Positions 42,300 through 52,915 of a DNA stretch of 64,000 nt are shown here, piece by piece. The first letter of the stretch is position 1. Each line of letters opens with the position of its first letter. The position numbers were made by a program, and so were the translations under genes. Under the pieces are notes generated by a model. That model was not told the DNA's origin and made no database searches. It was given only the letters and a program-made list of their open reading frames with translations. Source of the stretch: a virus; the IMG/VR virus record IMGVR_UViG_3300037089_000505, positions 32,001 to 96,000 of that record. One strand, 5' to 3'.

Positions 42300-42746
42300 A
42301 TGAAGAAGCTTTTCTTTTTGGTCCTTGTAATAATAGGGCTCGTTCTACCGTTGTCCGCCTTTGCAGCAGATGTGGGCACTCTGTTTTATTGGGGCAACAG
42401 CGTTAGCTTTGTCGAGACAACTATGGCCGCTAATTCAAAGGCTGAATTTTTGCAGAAGTTTGATATTGGCAAAACATGGTATCTAACTTACAGTGTAGAC
42501 TTCTATGGTGAAAAAGCCCAACTGAGTTATTTATTTGACGACTCTGGACTTTATCAAGTCGTTTGGTATCCGTTGAGTTACGACCAGGCTCAAGCAGTGA
42601 AGTCAGATTTTACTAAAAACATGGGACGACCGCCAACTGTAAGAAGCGACTATGTTTATTGGATAAAAGAACACCGAACGGAAATTAAAATTTACAAGGT
42701 TAATGATGAACTTAGACTTATAATGTTCAGGTGGGAGGAACCATGA
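42300..42746 (+). CDS. exported hypothetical protein
   Basis: signal peptide (AFA|A). Confidence 0.6.
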   Translation: MKKLFFLVLVIIGLVLPLSAFAADVGTLFYWGNSVSFVETTMAANSKAEFLQKFDIGKTWYLTYSVDFYGEKAQLSYLFDDSGLYQVVWYPLSYDQAQAVKSDFTKNMGRPPTVRSDYVYWIKEHRTEIKIYKVNDELRLIMFRWEEP

Positions 42747-43111
42747 AAAAGATTTTTCTTTCTTTCATTCTATTAATTGCCGTTGCTTTTATGGCAAGTG
42801 CAGCAACAGCTTTTGTGATAGGAACTGATTTAATTAGCTGGAATGCCGACTTCAAGGTTTTTATTACTGGGGGAACAGACTACAGTTCGGTCACTGTCTT
42901 TCGTTTTATGGAATATGTCTGTGGAGTGGTCGACGCTAACTTTGATTTGGGTGGCAGCAAAGGACCGACGTGGTTTAAACTACCTATCGGAACAACCGTC
43001 AGAGATGTTTCAGTTGTAGTCAGTAATTATCTAGACAACCATCCAGAAAAAACCAACGAGAGCGGAGCTTTTATTGTGGTAGAAGCTTTGTCTAACGCTT
43101 TTCCACATTAA
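42743..43111 (+). CDS. Rap1a/Tai-family immunity-like protein
   Basis: signal peptide; G.DL....YV.GVVD....P...T......VV.NYL..HPE......A..V.EAL..AFP. Confidence 0.75.
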   Translation: MKKIFLSFILLIAVAFMASAATAFVIGTDLISWNADFKVFITGGTDYSSVTVFRFMEYVCGVVDANFDLGGSKGPTWFKLPIGTTVRDVSVVVSNYLDNHPEKTNESGAFIVVEALSNAFPH

Positions 43112-43132
43112 GTTTCGAAAATAGCATATATT
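43112..43132 (+). promoter_or_regulatory. TCGA-N8-TAnnnT promoter
   Basis: gttTCGA aaatagca TATATT. Confidence 0.65.
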
Positions 43133-43193
43133 GATTTATAAGTTCCTGACCTCATGAATATAGAGGCAGGCCCAAGAATAGGGAGGAATTTTC

Positions 43194-43727
43194 ATGAATG
43201 CACAGCCTTTGAATCCAGCCGATGTCGAACAGGTCTTCACAGAGCTCCTGGCAAAGAACGGCCAGGTCACTTCGTTGGAAGTGAAGGAGGAGCTGAGGAC
43301 CCGGGGCTTCTGGGCCACACAGGCCATCGTTGGACCTCTCGTCCAGGACGTCGCCAATCAGCTTGGCGTTCCTTTCACAAACAACGGACGGTTCAACACC
43401 TACACGCCCCTCGTGACTACGGTGACCGACGACGAAGACGAGGATGATAGCGACGGAAGCATTTCGAGCCCGAGCCTCACGGCAACCGGCTCCACTCAGC
43501 TTCCCTCCACTCCTGTCAAGGTTCGGACACCTCCGGCTGACCCGGCCGACCGCGAACCGATAACCAATCCGGCTTCCGGCGACTGGACGGTCTATGACAT
43601 CCACAACGGACCTTCGGCTTCCCTGGCCTTCCAGGCAAAGCTGACTGAGAACCAGGCCAAATACGCCTACATTCTCAAGGTCTCTCCGGTTCTCTATACG
43701 GATGTCAGGGCCAAACGGTTGGCTTAA
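43194..43727 (+). CDS. two-domain hypothetical protein (T.LEVK.ELR..G.WA.Q N-domain, acidic linker)
   Basis: GGGAGG SD, C/G-ending codons, own promoter and terminator. Confidence 0.8.
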   Translation: MNAQPLNPADVEQVFTELLAKNGQVTSLEVKEELRTRGFWATQAIVGPLVQDVANQLGVPFTNNGRFNTYTPLVTTVTDDEDEDDSDGSISSPSLTATGSTQLPSTPVKVRTPPADPADREPITNPASGDWTVYDIHNGPSASLAFQAKLTENQAKYAYILKVSPVLYTDVRAKRLA

Positions 43728-43769
43728 TCGCCAGCCTCGCCTTCCCAAATCGGCGGAGGGCCTCGTACG

Positions 43770-43800
43770 GAGGGGAGGAATTCGGTCCTCCCCTCTCTTT
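43770..43800 (+). terminator. intrinsic terminator
   Basis: GAGGGGAGGA-attcgg-TCCTCCCCTC followed by TCTTT. Confidence 0.8.
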
Positions 43801-43817
43801 GCATGTAAGGAGTCATA

Positions 43818-44018
43818 ATGACGCAAACTTTTCGCATTGAAAAGGGCACTTATCACTGCACAGAATGCGGCAAAGAAATCAAGATCACCAAAGTGCCTAC
43901 AGTCTGGAATCCTACAACTGAGCTCATAGTCAGAGAAGATAGGAACAATGAAATCTGGCATCCGAACCAAGATGCGAAAGGCCAATACTATGAGTGTGGC
44001 CCGATGAGGAGAATATAA
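43818..44018 (+). CDS. small zinc-ribbon-like protein
   Basis: AAGGAG SD; CTECG ... H ... C. Confidence 0.6.
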   Translation: MTQTFRIEKGTYHCTECGKEIKITKVPTVWNPTTELIVREDRNNEIWHPNQDAKGQYYECGPMRRI

Positions 44019-45643
44019 TGGACGGCGATGGCTTAGTTGCGGTAGACTCTAAGGAAGATCTACCAACCGATGTCCTAAAATTTTTTGAATCACAAGCTGA
44101 TCTTGGCGAGAGGTATTTTCCAAGGCCATCAGCTTTAGGAATTCATTATGGCGGCCGTTGCTTCAAAATGCAGGCTTCATCTTTCTGTGAAATCAACATG
44201 GACGGTGGGGCATTACTTTTCTTTTCAACTAACCACTGGGTCTATGTCCTTTTCCTCGGCGCATTCACCTGGTCCAATCCGGTAAACTTATGAAAAAGAG
44301 TTGCTACATTGGCAAAGAACGCTACTGTCTCGCCTTAGAAGCATGGCGTTCATATCCCAAATGTAGCCTCGGTTTTTCAATCGCTTGTGACTACGACAAA
44401 CAATCTTGTATTTATCGAAATCCTCGTCCTTTGGAAAAGTGTCCCAAACCTAAAACATACGCTCAGCTCATTGCCGTTAGAGATAAAAGACACAATGAGC
44501 CCAAGGAGATATCATGACAGATGAAGAAGAGAAAGGCGCTCTAGCTGCTCATTTGATTCTCATGCGAAGTGCTTATGAGAATCCTGTGGCAATGGATGCT
44601 CCTCTTACGCAAGCTGAGATTGAAGAACTGGGTAGTTTTTTGGCTGCAATAAGAACGCCAGTGCCGACTGACGCCGTTCATTTTACTTGCGCAAAATGTG
44701 GCGGCAAGAGATGGCAAACAAAAGAAGAATATACCCTTATGGTAGCCGAAGCTACTCTTCAATATACCGAAGAACAGATTGCCGAGAACGGTGGCATGGA
44801 AAACATGCCGAGACTTTGTTCTACCTGCTACAAACAGGTTCACTTGAAACCTCTAGAGAACTGACATGGTATTTCCAACTATAGAAAAAGGCGACTGCGT
44901 CTACCACATGCAAAATGATTGTGGTATGGGCGTAGTTATTTCCGCCGACAAGTTTGACGAGATTGCATATGTAGAATGGCCTTGGGGTCATAGTTGGGAA
45001 TACTTTGGAGATTTGATGTTGATAAACTAAGGGGAAGAAATATGAGACAGCTGCTTATCATTACAGGCGATACCAACGACGACGATTTGGTAACCAAACA
45101 GTGCTATATCAAGGACGAAAAAGAATTGGAAATGGTCAAGAGAGTTCTTGCCGTCATCAAGACGAAAACTCTTTCAATGGCAGGCGGAAGTCGCCACAAT
45201 TGGCCGAGCAGTGATTACTGTTCTGAAAGCGTTCAGGATCTTTACAAGGGACTCCTGAGTGAAGATGATATAGAGTGGTTTAACGAATACGTGCCTTACG
45301 GCGAATTCGGGATCCATACTATTCGTAGAGCAGTCTTGTATGAAATTCAAGAAGAAGAAAAACTTTTTGAATATTACGATTTAGTAAAATTGAGGACATA
45401 AAACAATGAGAAAATTATTTCAGACCTTGGGGCCCAGATGGAGCAGGAAGACACTTCCTGCTGGAGCTGGCATAGACGTTCTAGGAAAATGGGCACTTTC
45501 TGATGAGCCAGGTGATTGCCACTTAGCCGTTGGCCACTATGTTTGCATAGGTGGTGATGGTGCTTTTGACGGCTGGTATGATGACTTGGGCTTTTTCATA
45601 AGCCAAGATCCGCCAGTAAGATGGGCACCCATTCCAAGCTACT

Positions 45644-45931
45644 ATGAATAAATACCTTCAATTAATGAAGGAGCTGAAAGAAAAAGGCACGGGCAAAATG
45701 ACCGTGTTCGGCAATTCAATGTTGCCAATCATAAAGAGCGGATCTACTCTTACCTTCAAATCTCAAACTACATATGAAATTGGAGATATTGTTTTCTGCA
45801 AAATGCGTGGGCGTTATATCGATGCTCATCTAATCACTAAGAAAAATGCTAAACGTGGCTACATGATTTCAAACAATCACGGATGGGATAACGGCTGGAC
45901 ACGCACAATCTATGGTAAAGTGATTCTTTAA
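45644..45931 (+). CDS. S24/S26 peptidase-like small protein
   Basis: V.GNSMLP.IKSG, GDIVF, H.I. Confidence 0.65.
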   Translation: MNKYLQLMKELKEKGTGKMTVFGNSMLPIIKSGSTLTFKSQTTYEIGDIVFCKMRGRYIDAHLITKKNAKRGYMISNNHGWDNGWTRTIYGKVIL

Positions 45932-46021
45932 CGTGCCCGAAAATATGCCGGCTGCCTACCCGAAAATATGCCGGCTGCCTACCCGAAAACGTGCCGCGAC
46001 GTGCCCGAAAATATGCCGGCT
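45931..46021. repeat. four 22-23-bp direct repeats followed by an AT-rich tract
   Basis: CCCGAAAATATGCCGGCT(GCCTA) at 45936, 45959 and 46004; variant CCCGAAAACGTGCCG at 45982. Confidence 0.9.
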
Positions 46022-46087
46022 ATAAATAACATAACAACTAACATATTACAATATAGACAACATATTTACAGGTAATGGAGCCAGAAT

Positions 46088-46750
46088 ATGAATAAGCCCA
46101 TTATAGGGAAATTAATCGAATGGTTTGAGGAACAACCCGCCAACAAGAAGTGGACTAAGGATCAAATAGTGGGGCGCATTCTTAGTGGCCTTGCTTGCGA
46201 AGTCCTGACTAGAAATGAAGAGAAGTGGCTTAAATCTTGGGCACAAAAACAGATCTTTGACATTCCAGAGGATATGCAAAAGTCTTTTGTTCATGAAAGG
46301 CCAATGCCTACCACACTGCCTCCGACTGAACGTGTCGTTTCTAAGAGTGAACAAAAGAGACGCACAATCCAAGAAGGCGCCAGAAAGAAGGGTGGAATAA
46401 ATCCACCACCAACTTCGCCGAAACCCAATGTCAAACCGAGCCCTCAAAAACCAATGCGACCGGCTCTTCGCCACATAACAGAGGGGAAGAATCCAACTGA
46501 ACTTTATCCTGCAATCAGAGTTGATTGGACCGAATCCGAAAGAGGTTGGGGACAAAGGCCTGATGGTTATTCTCTGCACCTCACCAGGGAAGATTCTGAG
46601 GCCTACATTAAAGAATATTGGGACAAGATGCCTGCTCAAGTGCCTGATGAATATTCCCGACCAGAGGATCCGAAGGTCATAGACGTAAATGCCAAGATAC
46701 TTCGTGAAATCAAGAAGTCTAAGAATGGAATAAGACGCTATGATCGATAA
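46088..46750 (+). CDS. hypothetical protein, Pro-rich linker, C-terminal W.ESERGWG.RPDG.SLH domain
   Basis: 220-aa ORF, GGAG SD. Confidence 0.7.
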   Translation: MNKPIIGKLIEWFEEQPANKKWTKDQIVGRILSGLACEVLTRNEEKWLKSWAQKQIFDIPEDMQKSFVHERPMPTTLPPTERVVSKSEQKRRTIQEGARKKGGINPPPTSPKPNVKPSPQKPMRPALRHITEGKNPTELYPAIRVDWTESERGWGQRPDGYSLHLTREDSEAYIKEYWDKMPAQVPDEYSRPEDPKVIDVNAKILREIKKSKNGIRRYDR

Positions 46751-46808
46751 AGAGGTAATGGATCTAGGTGGCGGAGCCTATACTCCTATTAGAGAAAGAG
46801 AGAAGAAG

Positions 46809-46955
46809 ATGGCTAAGAAAGAAAAAATGGTTAGTGTAGACATTGAGTTGGACAATACAAGTTTCCTTCTCCTGGCAAAGCGCGCCCATGAGTTGGACAT
46901 CACTTTCAATCAACTTATCATCGACATTTTGAGAAAGCAGATAGGCGACAAATGA
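46809..46955 (+). CDS. small ribbon-helix-helix-like protein
   Basis: V.IELD......LA..AH..DITFNQLI..IL; start uncertain (46740 or 46809). Confidence 0.5.
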   Translation: MAKKEKMVSVDIELDNTSFLLLAKRAHELDITFNQLIIDILRKQIGDK

Positions 46956-47713
46956 GTGAAGAAATCAAAAAAGTCTATGAGCGGATAAACGCTTTTGCAG
47001 CTTCATACAACATACAAAACCTTGGAGATGCATGCGGCTATCCATTACTCTATCTAACTCCCCAAAAAATATCTGGTGCACCAAACTTGCTAATTGCTGG
47101 AGGCTTTCACGGCGGTGAAGAGCCAGCTGGCACTTTGGGCCTATTGAAATTTTTGGAAACATATTCCTTTAAAGATAGAGTCAATCTTTCATTCTTACCT
47201 CTTGTCAACCCTTCGGGATTTGCTTTGGGCCAACGACTCAATGCCAACGGCGGGAATCCTAATCATGGATTTTGTTCTAGAATCCGAACAGACGAGGTTT
47301 TATCTGAAGAAGGGGAGATTCTAGTCAAGAATATAGCAGAACTTTTTGAAGCCGCTTCGGATGGATTTTTGACATTGCATGAAGATTGCGATCAATCCAG
47401 GTTTTATCTTTTCACATTTGAACAGACCGAAAAACCTGGACCGTTTACAAGTCGACTGTTTCAAACAGAGTGCAAATTCTTCGAGCCCATTACCGAGTCC
47501 ATTCTAATTGATGAAAAATATGGAACTCGCGCATTTGATGGTGCCGTCTGCTTTAATGATTGTGATGGGACTTTTGAAGATCTCTTATTTCATATGGGTG
47601 TTCCTTATATAGCCTGCACAGAAACTCCAGGTCTTCAACCCATAGATGAAAGAGTCGATGCAAACGTAGCTCTCATACAATCTTTCATAGATTGGCAAAA
47701 GGAAAGACGATGA
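46952..47713 (+). CDS. M14-family metallopeptidase / deacylase
   Basis: GFHGGEEPAG, PLVNPSG, R.N..G.NPN, LHED, ETP. Confidence 0.8.
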   Translation: MSEEIKKVYERINAFAASYNIQNLGDACGYPLLYLTPQKISGAPNLLIAGGFHGGEEPAGTLGLLKFLETYSFKDRVNLSFLPLVNPSGFALGQRLNANGGNPNHGFCSRIRTDEVLSEEGEILVKNIAELFEAASDGFLTLHEDCDQSRFYLFTFEQTEKPGPFTSRLFQTECKFFEPITESILIDEKYGTRAFDGAVCFNDCDGTFEDLLFHMGVPYIACTETPGLQPIDERVDANVALIQSFIDWQKERR

Positions 47714-48463
47714 AACACACAATTCTTCGAGTGAGCGGATATTGGGGAGATAGTTATTGGCACATACCTATCCTCTCTGAAGAAGAAAAAATAACTCTAG
47801 ACAAAATAATAGAAGCGATACCAGAGTGTTATCGCTTTCAAACACATAGAGTATATAAGGATGTAAGAAACTTTTGTAAACAACACGGCCAAAAAATCAC
47901 GATCGAAAAAGTTAATGAGCTATTGGCTGAAAATGATGAGGTTGAGAAAAGCGACAATCCTTTAGTAAATTTGCTACGCGAATGGGAATATGAAATGGCC
48001 AGCTTAGAACAACACGACTATGACGCTATGTGTAAAAAGACTGACCAAGTTCTTGCGGAGTATAAGCAATGTCCAAAATGAAAGAACCCGAATTCCCCAA
48101 ATGCAAAGTCACCATAGGTGTAGAATTCTTGGGTGACTATTTTGAAACTTGGGATGAAGAAATAGATTGGAATGACTTTTGTGATCAAGTCTATGACCTT
48201 TCGGCTGATGTAGAAGTTGAAGTAAGAGAGGCAGCTCAAAAGAGAATAGCCTTGAAAGATGCCCTAAAGAAAAAAGATGGCGACTAAAGAAGAAGTTTTA
48301 AAGCTACTCAAAGCAAAATCCAAAGTGATTATTGCCTGTCCAGAATGCGGTTCAGATAAGATCAATCAATATCGTATGCCGACTGGACCAATCTGGTGCG
48401 AAGCGTGTGGACTAAGAGTTGAACAAAAAGAAAAGAACAATCCATTTATTACAAGGATATAAA

Positions 48464-48928
48464 ATGGTGTTAAAGTTTAGAATGTGGAATCCAACCACTA
48501 AAACAATGATTGATCTTAAAGCAATCACCCCCTTAGCCCTCGATTCTAACTTGAAAGTAGATGGGATCTTTATTCCTTTCAACGGAATGCCCATCATGCA
48601 ATATACGGGCATGACTGACAAGAACGGTAGAGAAATATATGACGGTGACATTCTAAGGAAAAGCGATCCTGAATATTGGGATCCAAAAGCTTGGGAAGGT
48701 TCAGATCTCTTCAGCCCACCAGACGAACATGATAAAAAACTATTTGGTGGTGGAACTGGCTATGTAGAATCTTGTGCTTTTGGTTGGACAGTAATCGATA
48801 TCAATTGTGGCGAGTGGGCCTTTAACGGTCCTGAGGGACCAGGGTGGAATGGTTGGGATGTAGAGGTCATTGGCAACAGATACGAAAATCCTGAATTGAT
48901 GGTGAAAAAAGATGGCCAGAAGATATAA
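48464..48928 (+). CDS. YopX-family protein
   Basis: KFR.W, MQYTG.TDKNG.EIYDGDI, EVIGN.YENPEL. Confidence 0.9.
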   Translation: MVLKFRMWNPTTKTMIDLKAITPLALDSNLKVDGIFIPFNGMPIMQYTGMTDKNGREIYDGDILRKSDPEYWDPKAWEGSDLFSPPDEHDKKLFGGGTGYVESCAFGWTVIDINCGEWAFNGPEGPGWNGWDVEVIGNRYENPELMVKKDGQKI

Positions 48929-49645
48929 GAGTTCAGAAGAGTGGAAAAAATTTGGCTTTGAGCCGACTGTTACTGGTTGGACGGATAGTCCTGAAGGGGC
49001 AATGCGATCTGATCCTAATGGAAAGTGGTTTCCAATTCACGTCCTTCAGGATTTTGCCGCCGCTGAATCTGATAGAGACGATATGGAAAAAATGTTATAC
49101 TTACTAGTCAAGAGTCTTGAATCATGGTGGAGGCTTCCAAACGATATGAGAAAGCTTGCCGACATAGAGCCTTTAATAATAACGGCATTGGATATAAAAG
49201 ATGAGATGGATAAAAACTCTGTTTAGTTCAGTTGATGGTTCCTTAGCTAAAAAGCCAGAAGTAAAGATTGATCCTTCAAAGATTAAACTTTCTTCTACTG
49301 GCCAACTACGGTTTCCGTCATTGTCTGAACAGCTTAAAAAAGAAATAGAAAAGCTATCTGACAAGGATAAGAAATTATTCATTGATGTTGCCATACCAAT
49401 TATAGCCAAACTCAGACGATTTAGCTACGAGAAAGCCTGTGTAGAAACAGTCTGGGGTGAAAGCCTCTGGTTCAGTTTACATTTTGTTCCCGACATTACT
49501 GTTCATTTGCAAGTATACGTAAGGCCGCCTAAAAAAGTTTTGCGAACTTTCTTTACTTTTTGGAAAGGCAAAATCATGTGGACAAATGGTTATGGTAAGA
49601 TTGATGACTGTTTGGCCGATATTCAAGCGAACTTAAAGGAATAAA

Positions 49646-50014
49646 ATGCTCCACGTAAAAACAGCTCTCAAAGAAAGCTCCATCCACGGCCTTGGATTGT
49701 TTGCGGCCGAGCCAATAAAGAAAGACACTTTAATATGGGAATTCAATCCGTTGTTTGATAAAAGGATATATAACGGAATCCTAAACATGTTGCCCGCAGT
49801 GACTCAAGAATTTATCAAGCTATATGGTTTTTTGGATCTAGGTGGATATTGGATTTTATGTAGCGACAATGCTCGCTATATGAATCACTCAAATAATCCT
49901 ACATGCGAAGATCGAAATCAAAAAGACTATGCCGCAAAAGATATTGAGATAGGCGAAGAGCTCACTTGCAACTATTACGTTTTTGATCGTTCGGTGAGTC
50001 ATAGAAAAATATAA
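49646..50014 (+). CDS. SET-domain protein (lysine methyltransferase-like)
   Basis: S.IHG.GLFA, ARYMNHS..P, A.KDI..GEELT..Y. Confidence 0.92.
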   Translation: MLHVKTALKESSIHGLGLFAAEPIKKDTLIWEFNPLFDKRIYNGILNMLPAVTQEFIKLYGFLDLGGYWILCSDNARYMNHSNNPTCEDRNQKDYAAKDIEIGEELTCNYYVFDRSVSHRKI

Positions 50015-50748
50015 GGAGTTAAAATGAAAAATTCAAAGAATCATTGGACTGATGACGAAGGTTGGATGCATGATGATTTGACAAAGAGGCCGGGTAGTGT
50101 GGGTTATGCTATTGAAAAATACATGCGACAGATTACTTCAATAGATGACGTAGATGAACTTAGAAAACTCTTTTTTGATGTAGTCATGGATCCAATAGAG
50201 ATTCAGGGCACGAGCGAAGAGAAGAAGCAAGTCTATATGGAAAAGGCTAATAAGATTGACGATGTAGATGATTTGAGAGAGTTCATATTTGCTATTCATG
50301 GCCGAGCAAAAGATTACAAAAGAAAGCTGGCAAGAAAGTGACATTAGACGCACAAGGTTTTAATCGGGAGCCGGGCTGGAGAACTTACACTCTAGTTGGA
50401 CTTGACATCTTTTTAGGAGCAATCTTTATACTCCTAAAATGGTGTGGAATAATTAATTGGAGTTGGTTTATTGTGTTGCTACCCTTCTATTGGCTTCCGG
50501 CCATCTGCTTATTACTTCTTGCGATGGCCATGACAGCCATTCGGTTCGCCGACGCATATAGAGAAATAGAAAAGGTGGTGGCAAATGGAAAGACTAACGG
50601 CGGGACAACTAAAGAAAATTCTAGAAAGAGTCCCTGATAACGCAGATGTGGTCATTCGTGAAAGGGGTAAGGATCTTTTTATCAAATTGGCCTTCGCTTG
50701 GCAATATGAAAATAAGTGCGAAGCTTTGGTGTTAGTAGAGACAGAAAC

Positions 50749-51309
50749 ATGCCCGTCTATACCAGATGTTTGAAATGTCCCTTGGGACAATACCGCGAAG
50801 TAAATGGCTATAAAATCGTTTGGGGTGATGGTAATCTTTCGGCCCCTATACTTATTATTGGGGAAGCACCCGGAGAATCGGAAGCAAAGCTTGGACGTCC
50901 CTTTGTTGGTAGATCGGGACAGTTCTTACGACACCGATTAGAGCCATATATTGAGTTTCCAAAAGGGTGCTTCATCTCTAACACTTGCCTATGTCGGCCT
51001 CCAGACAATCGTAAACCAACCATAGAAGAACAAACTTCTTGTTCTTCACATATACACACCATGTTATTCACAATGCGACCAAAATTGATCATTACAGCGG
51101 TCAAAGTTGCATCAGATTATTTGAGCATACTTCTAGGTAGGTCATACACAATCTACTTGGCCGAAGCCGCTGAGCTAGAAGACTTAGTTTTTGTATGGTT
51201 GCCTATTTATCACCCGTCTTATGTAATGAGAGCCAAAGAGACGACGGCTACGTTTGAAAATACATTAAGATCATACGCAAAGCTATTCAAGAGTATAGGA
51301 GATTTCTAA
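50749..51309 (+). CDS. uracil-DNA glycosylase, family 4
   Basis: C..C.L, IGEAPG..E...GRPFVG.SG, N...CRPP.NR.P..EE...C, YHPS. Confidence 0.9.
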   Translation: MPVYTRCLKCPLGQYREVNGYKIVWGDGNLSAPILIIGEAPGESEAKLGRPFVGRSGQFLRHRLEPYIEFPKGCFISNTCLCRPPDNRKPTIEEQTSCSSHIHTMLFTMRPKLIITAVKVASDYLSILLGRSYTIYLAEAAELEDLVFVWLPIYHPSYVMRAKETTATFENTLRSYAKLFKSIGDF

Positions 51310-52547
51310 TGAAGATAAGGATCTATAAGGTTGGAGAGCTATACGGTCTTCAAGTGAAAGATGGTTGGTTTGATTCTTGGCATTGCGGTTCTTGGATGAT
51401 TCCACTAGCTGCAAGAACTGAAGAAGAAAAACAAGCTGGAAAGCATCCGACTGGTTTCAAGTCACCTGAAGAGGCTCAAGAGTGGGCTGAAGAACACCTT
51501 GGAATTAAGGTTGTAAAAGAGCTTAAAGTCAAGAGGGTGGAGCATGGCCACTAGAGGAGAGGGCCCTCTTAAAGAAGAATGGTATTCAATTTGCTCAATG
51601 CATCATGAGCGTGATGAAAATTGCGACATGTGCAATTGTGGGAAGTGGATAAACGTAGAAGAGCAGAAAAAAGAACACGAACTATTTGAGAGAAATCCAG
51701 AAGAGTGGAGAAGAATTCACGCCCGAGACAGATTAGAATTCTTCGATTTTAAAACTGGTGAGAAGTTGAATCCCTTTCCGAATTTGAGGTGAAAGATGAT
51801 AGTTGAGAAGTGGCTCGAAAAAGATTGTGTTTGTATTGTCCATCAGCACGACCAAATACCCAGCCTTGTTTGCGGCTATGTGGGTGTTGATGAAGAACAT
51901 CCTCTTTACGGTGTTCGCTACGATGAAGAGTCGCTTATTCTTGAAAAAATGCTCAGACAATCTAAAGCATTTCGTAAAAAGCACGACGTGAAGGAAATGC
52001 TCAAGGATCGTAGCACAGACAACTGGGCTTATCCTATGGAAGATTTCTCTGCTACACCAGAAGGTTATTTTATTAAACATAGTATAAGCTTTGCTGATAA
52101 AGGTGATGTAGCTAACTTACGTGAATTCAATTGTCCCGCTATTTGGTTCTTTGGTTTTGATAGTGGCCACCCCGGCTATGAGTGGGAGAACGTAACCAAG
52201 CTAGATCTCCAAGCAAAAATCCATCGGCTTTGTTTTGAATTAGCCTATGAGCTTGATCAAATCAAGTGGAACATATTACTTCCGAGTCAGGAATACAAAC
52301 TACTATGAGAGCTATATATGAAATCGTTGAAGACATACCTGAAAAACCTTTAGTGATTCGAGATATTGGTTGGCGAGACCATATGTCTGTGACTAACGAT
52401 GCTGAAGCTGTAGTAGAAGATTTATGGAATAAGGGAAAACTATCTGACAGACGCTTGTTCTATTATGATAGCGCAGGCGATTTAGATGAGCTTGTTCACA
52501 TAGATGGTTCTTTTATAAGATTTCGACCAGGTTGAAAGGAGTTCTGA

Positions 52548-52889
52548 ATGAGGACGGTGTGTTTGGATTTTGATGGCGTCGTTCATAGCTACAAGAGCGG
52601 ATGGAAAGGTTATTCGGTAATTCCTGATCCTCCAGTTCCCGGCGTCAAAGAAGCTATTGATGAGCTCCGTAAAACTTACATGGTCAAGATTTTTTCTACG
52701 CGTTGCAAGAAGGCTGAGGGCATCGCCGCCATTGAGAAGTATCTTGAGAAGTATGACATCAAGGTCAGTGCTATTTGCGAGAGCAAACCTTCAGCCTTCA
52801 TTTACGTTGACGATCGCGGTTTTACATTCAACGGCGATTGGCCCGCAGCAGTCGCAGCAATCAAGGGCTTCAAGAGCTGGCTGGAATAG
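52548..52889 (+). CDS. HAD-superfamily phosphatase-like protein
   Basis: CLDFDGVVHSY, IFSTR, KP....YVDDR. Confidence 0.8.
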   Translation: MRTVCLDFDGVVHSYKSGWKGYSVIPDPPVPGVKEAIDELRKTYMVKIFSTRCKKAEGIAAIEKYLEKYDIKVSAICESKPSAFIYVDDRGFTFNGDWPAAVAAIKGFKSWLE

Positions 52890-52909
52890 GTTCGAGGAAG
52901 TCATAAGTT
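52889..52909 (+). promoter_or_regulatory. TCGA-N8-TAnnnT promoter (leaderless geometry)
   Basis: ggtTCGA ggaagtca TAAGTT, 6 nt to ATG 52916. Confidence 0.6.
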
Positions 52910-52915
52910 CTTTTT

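Noticed and set aside
15406-43865. Diversity-generating retroelement TR/VR pair
   Set aside because: The repeat is only 39 nt, differences are synonymous and not adenine-specific, and no reverse transcriptase is present in the window.
45931-46021. Mini-CRISPR array
   Set aside because: The repeats are separated by only ~5 nt with no unique spacers, and there are no cas genes in the window.
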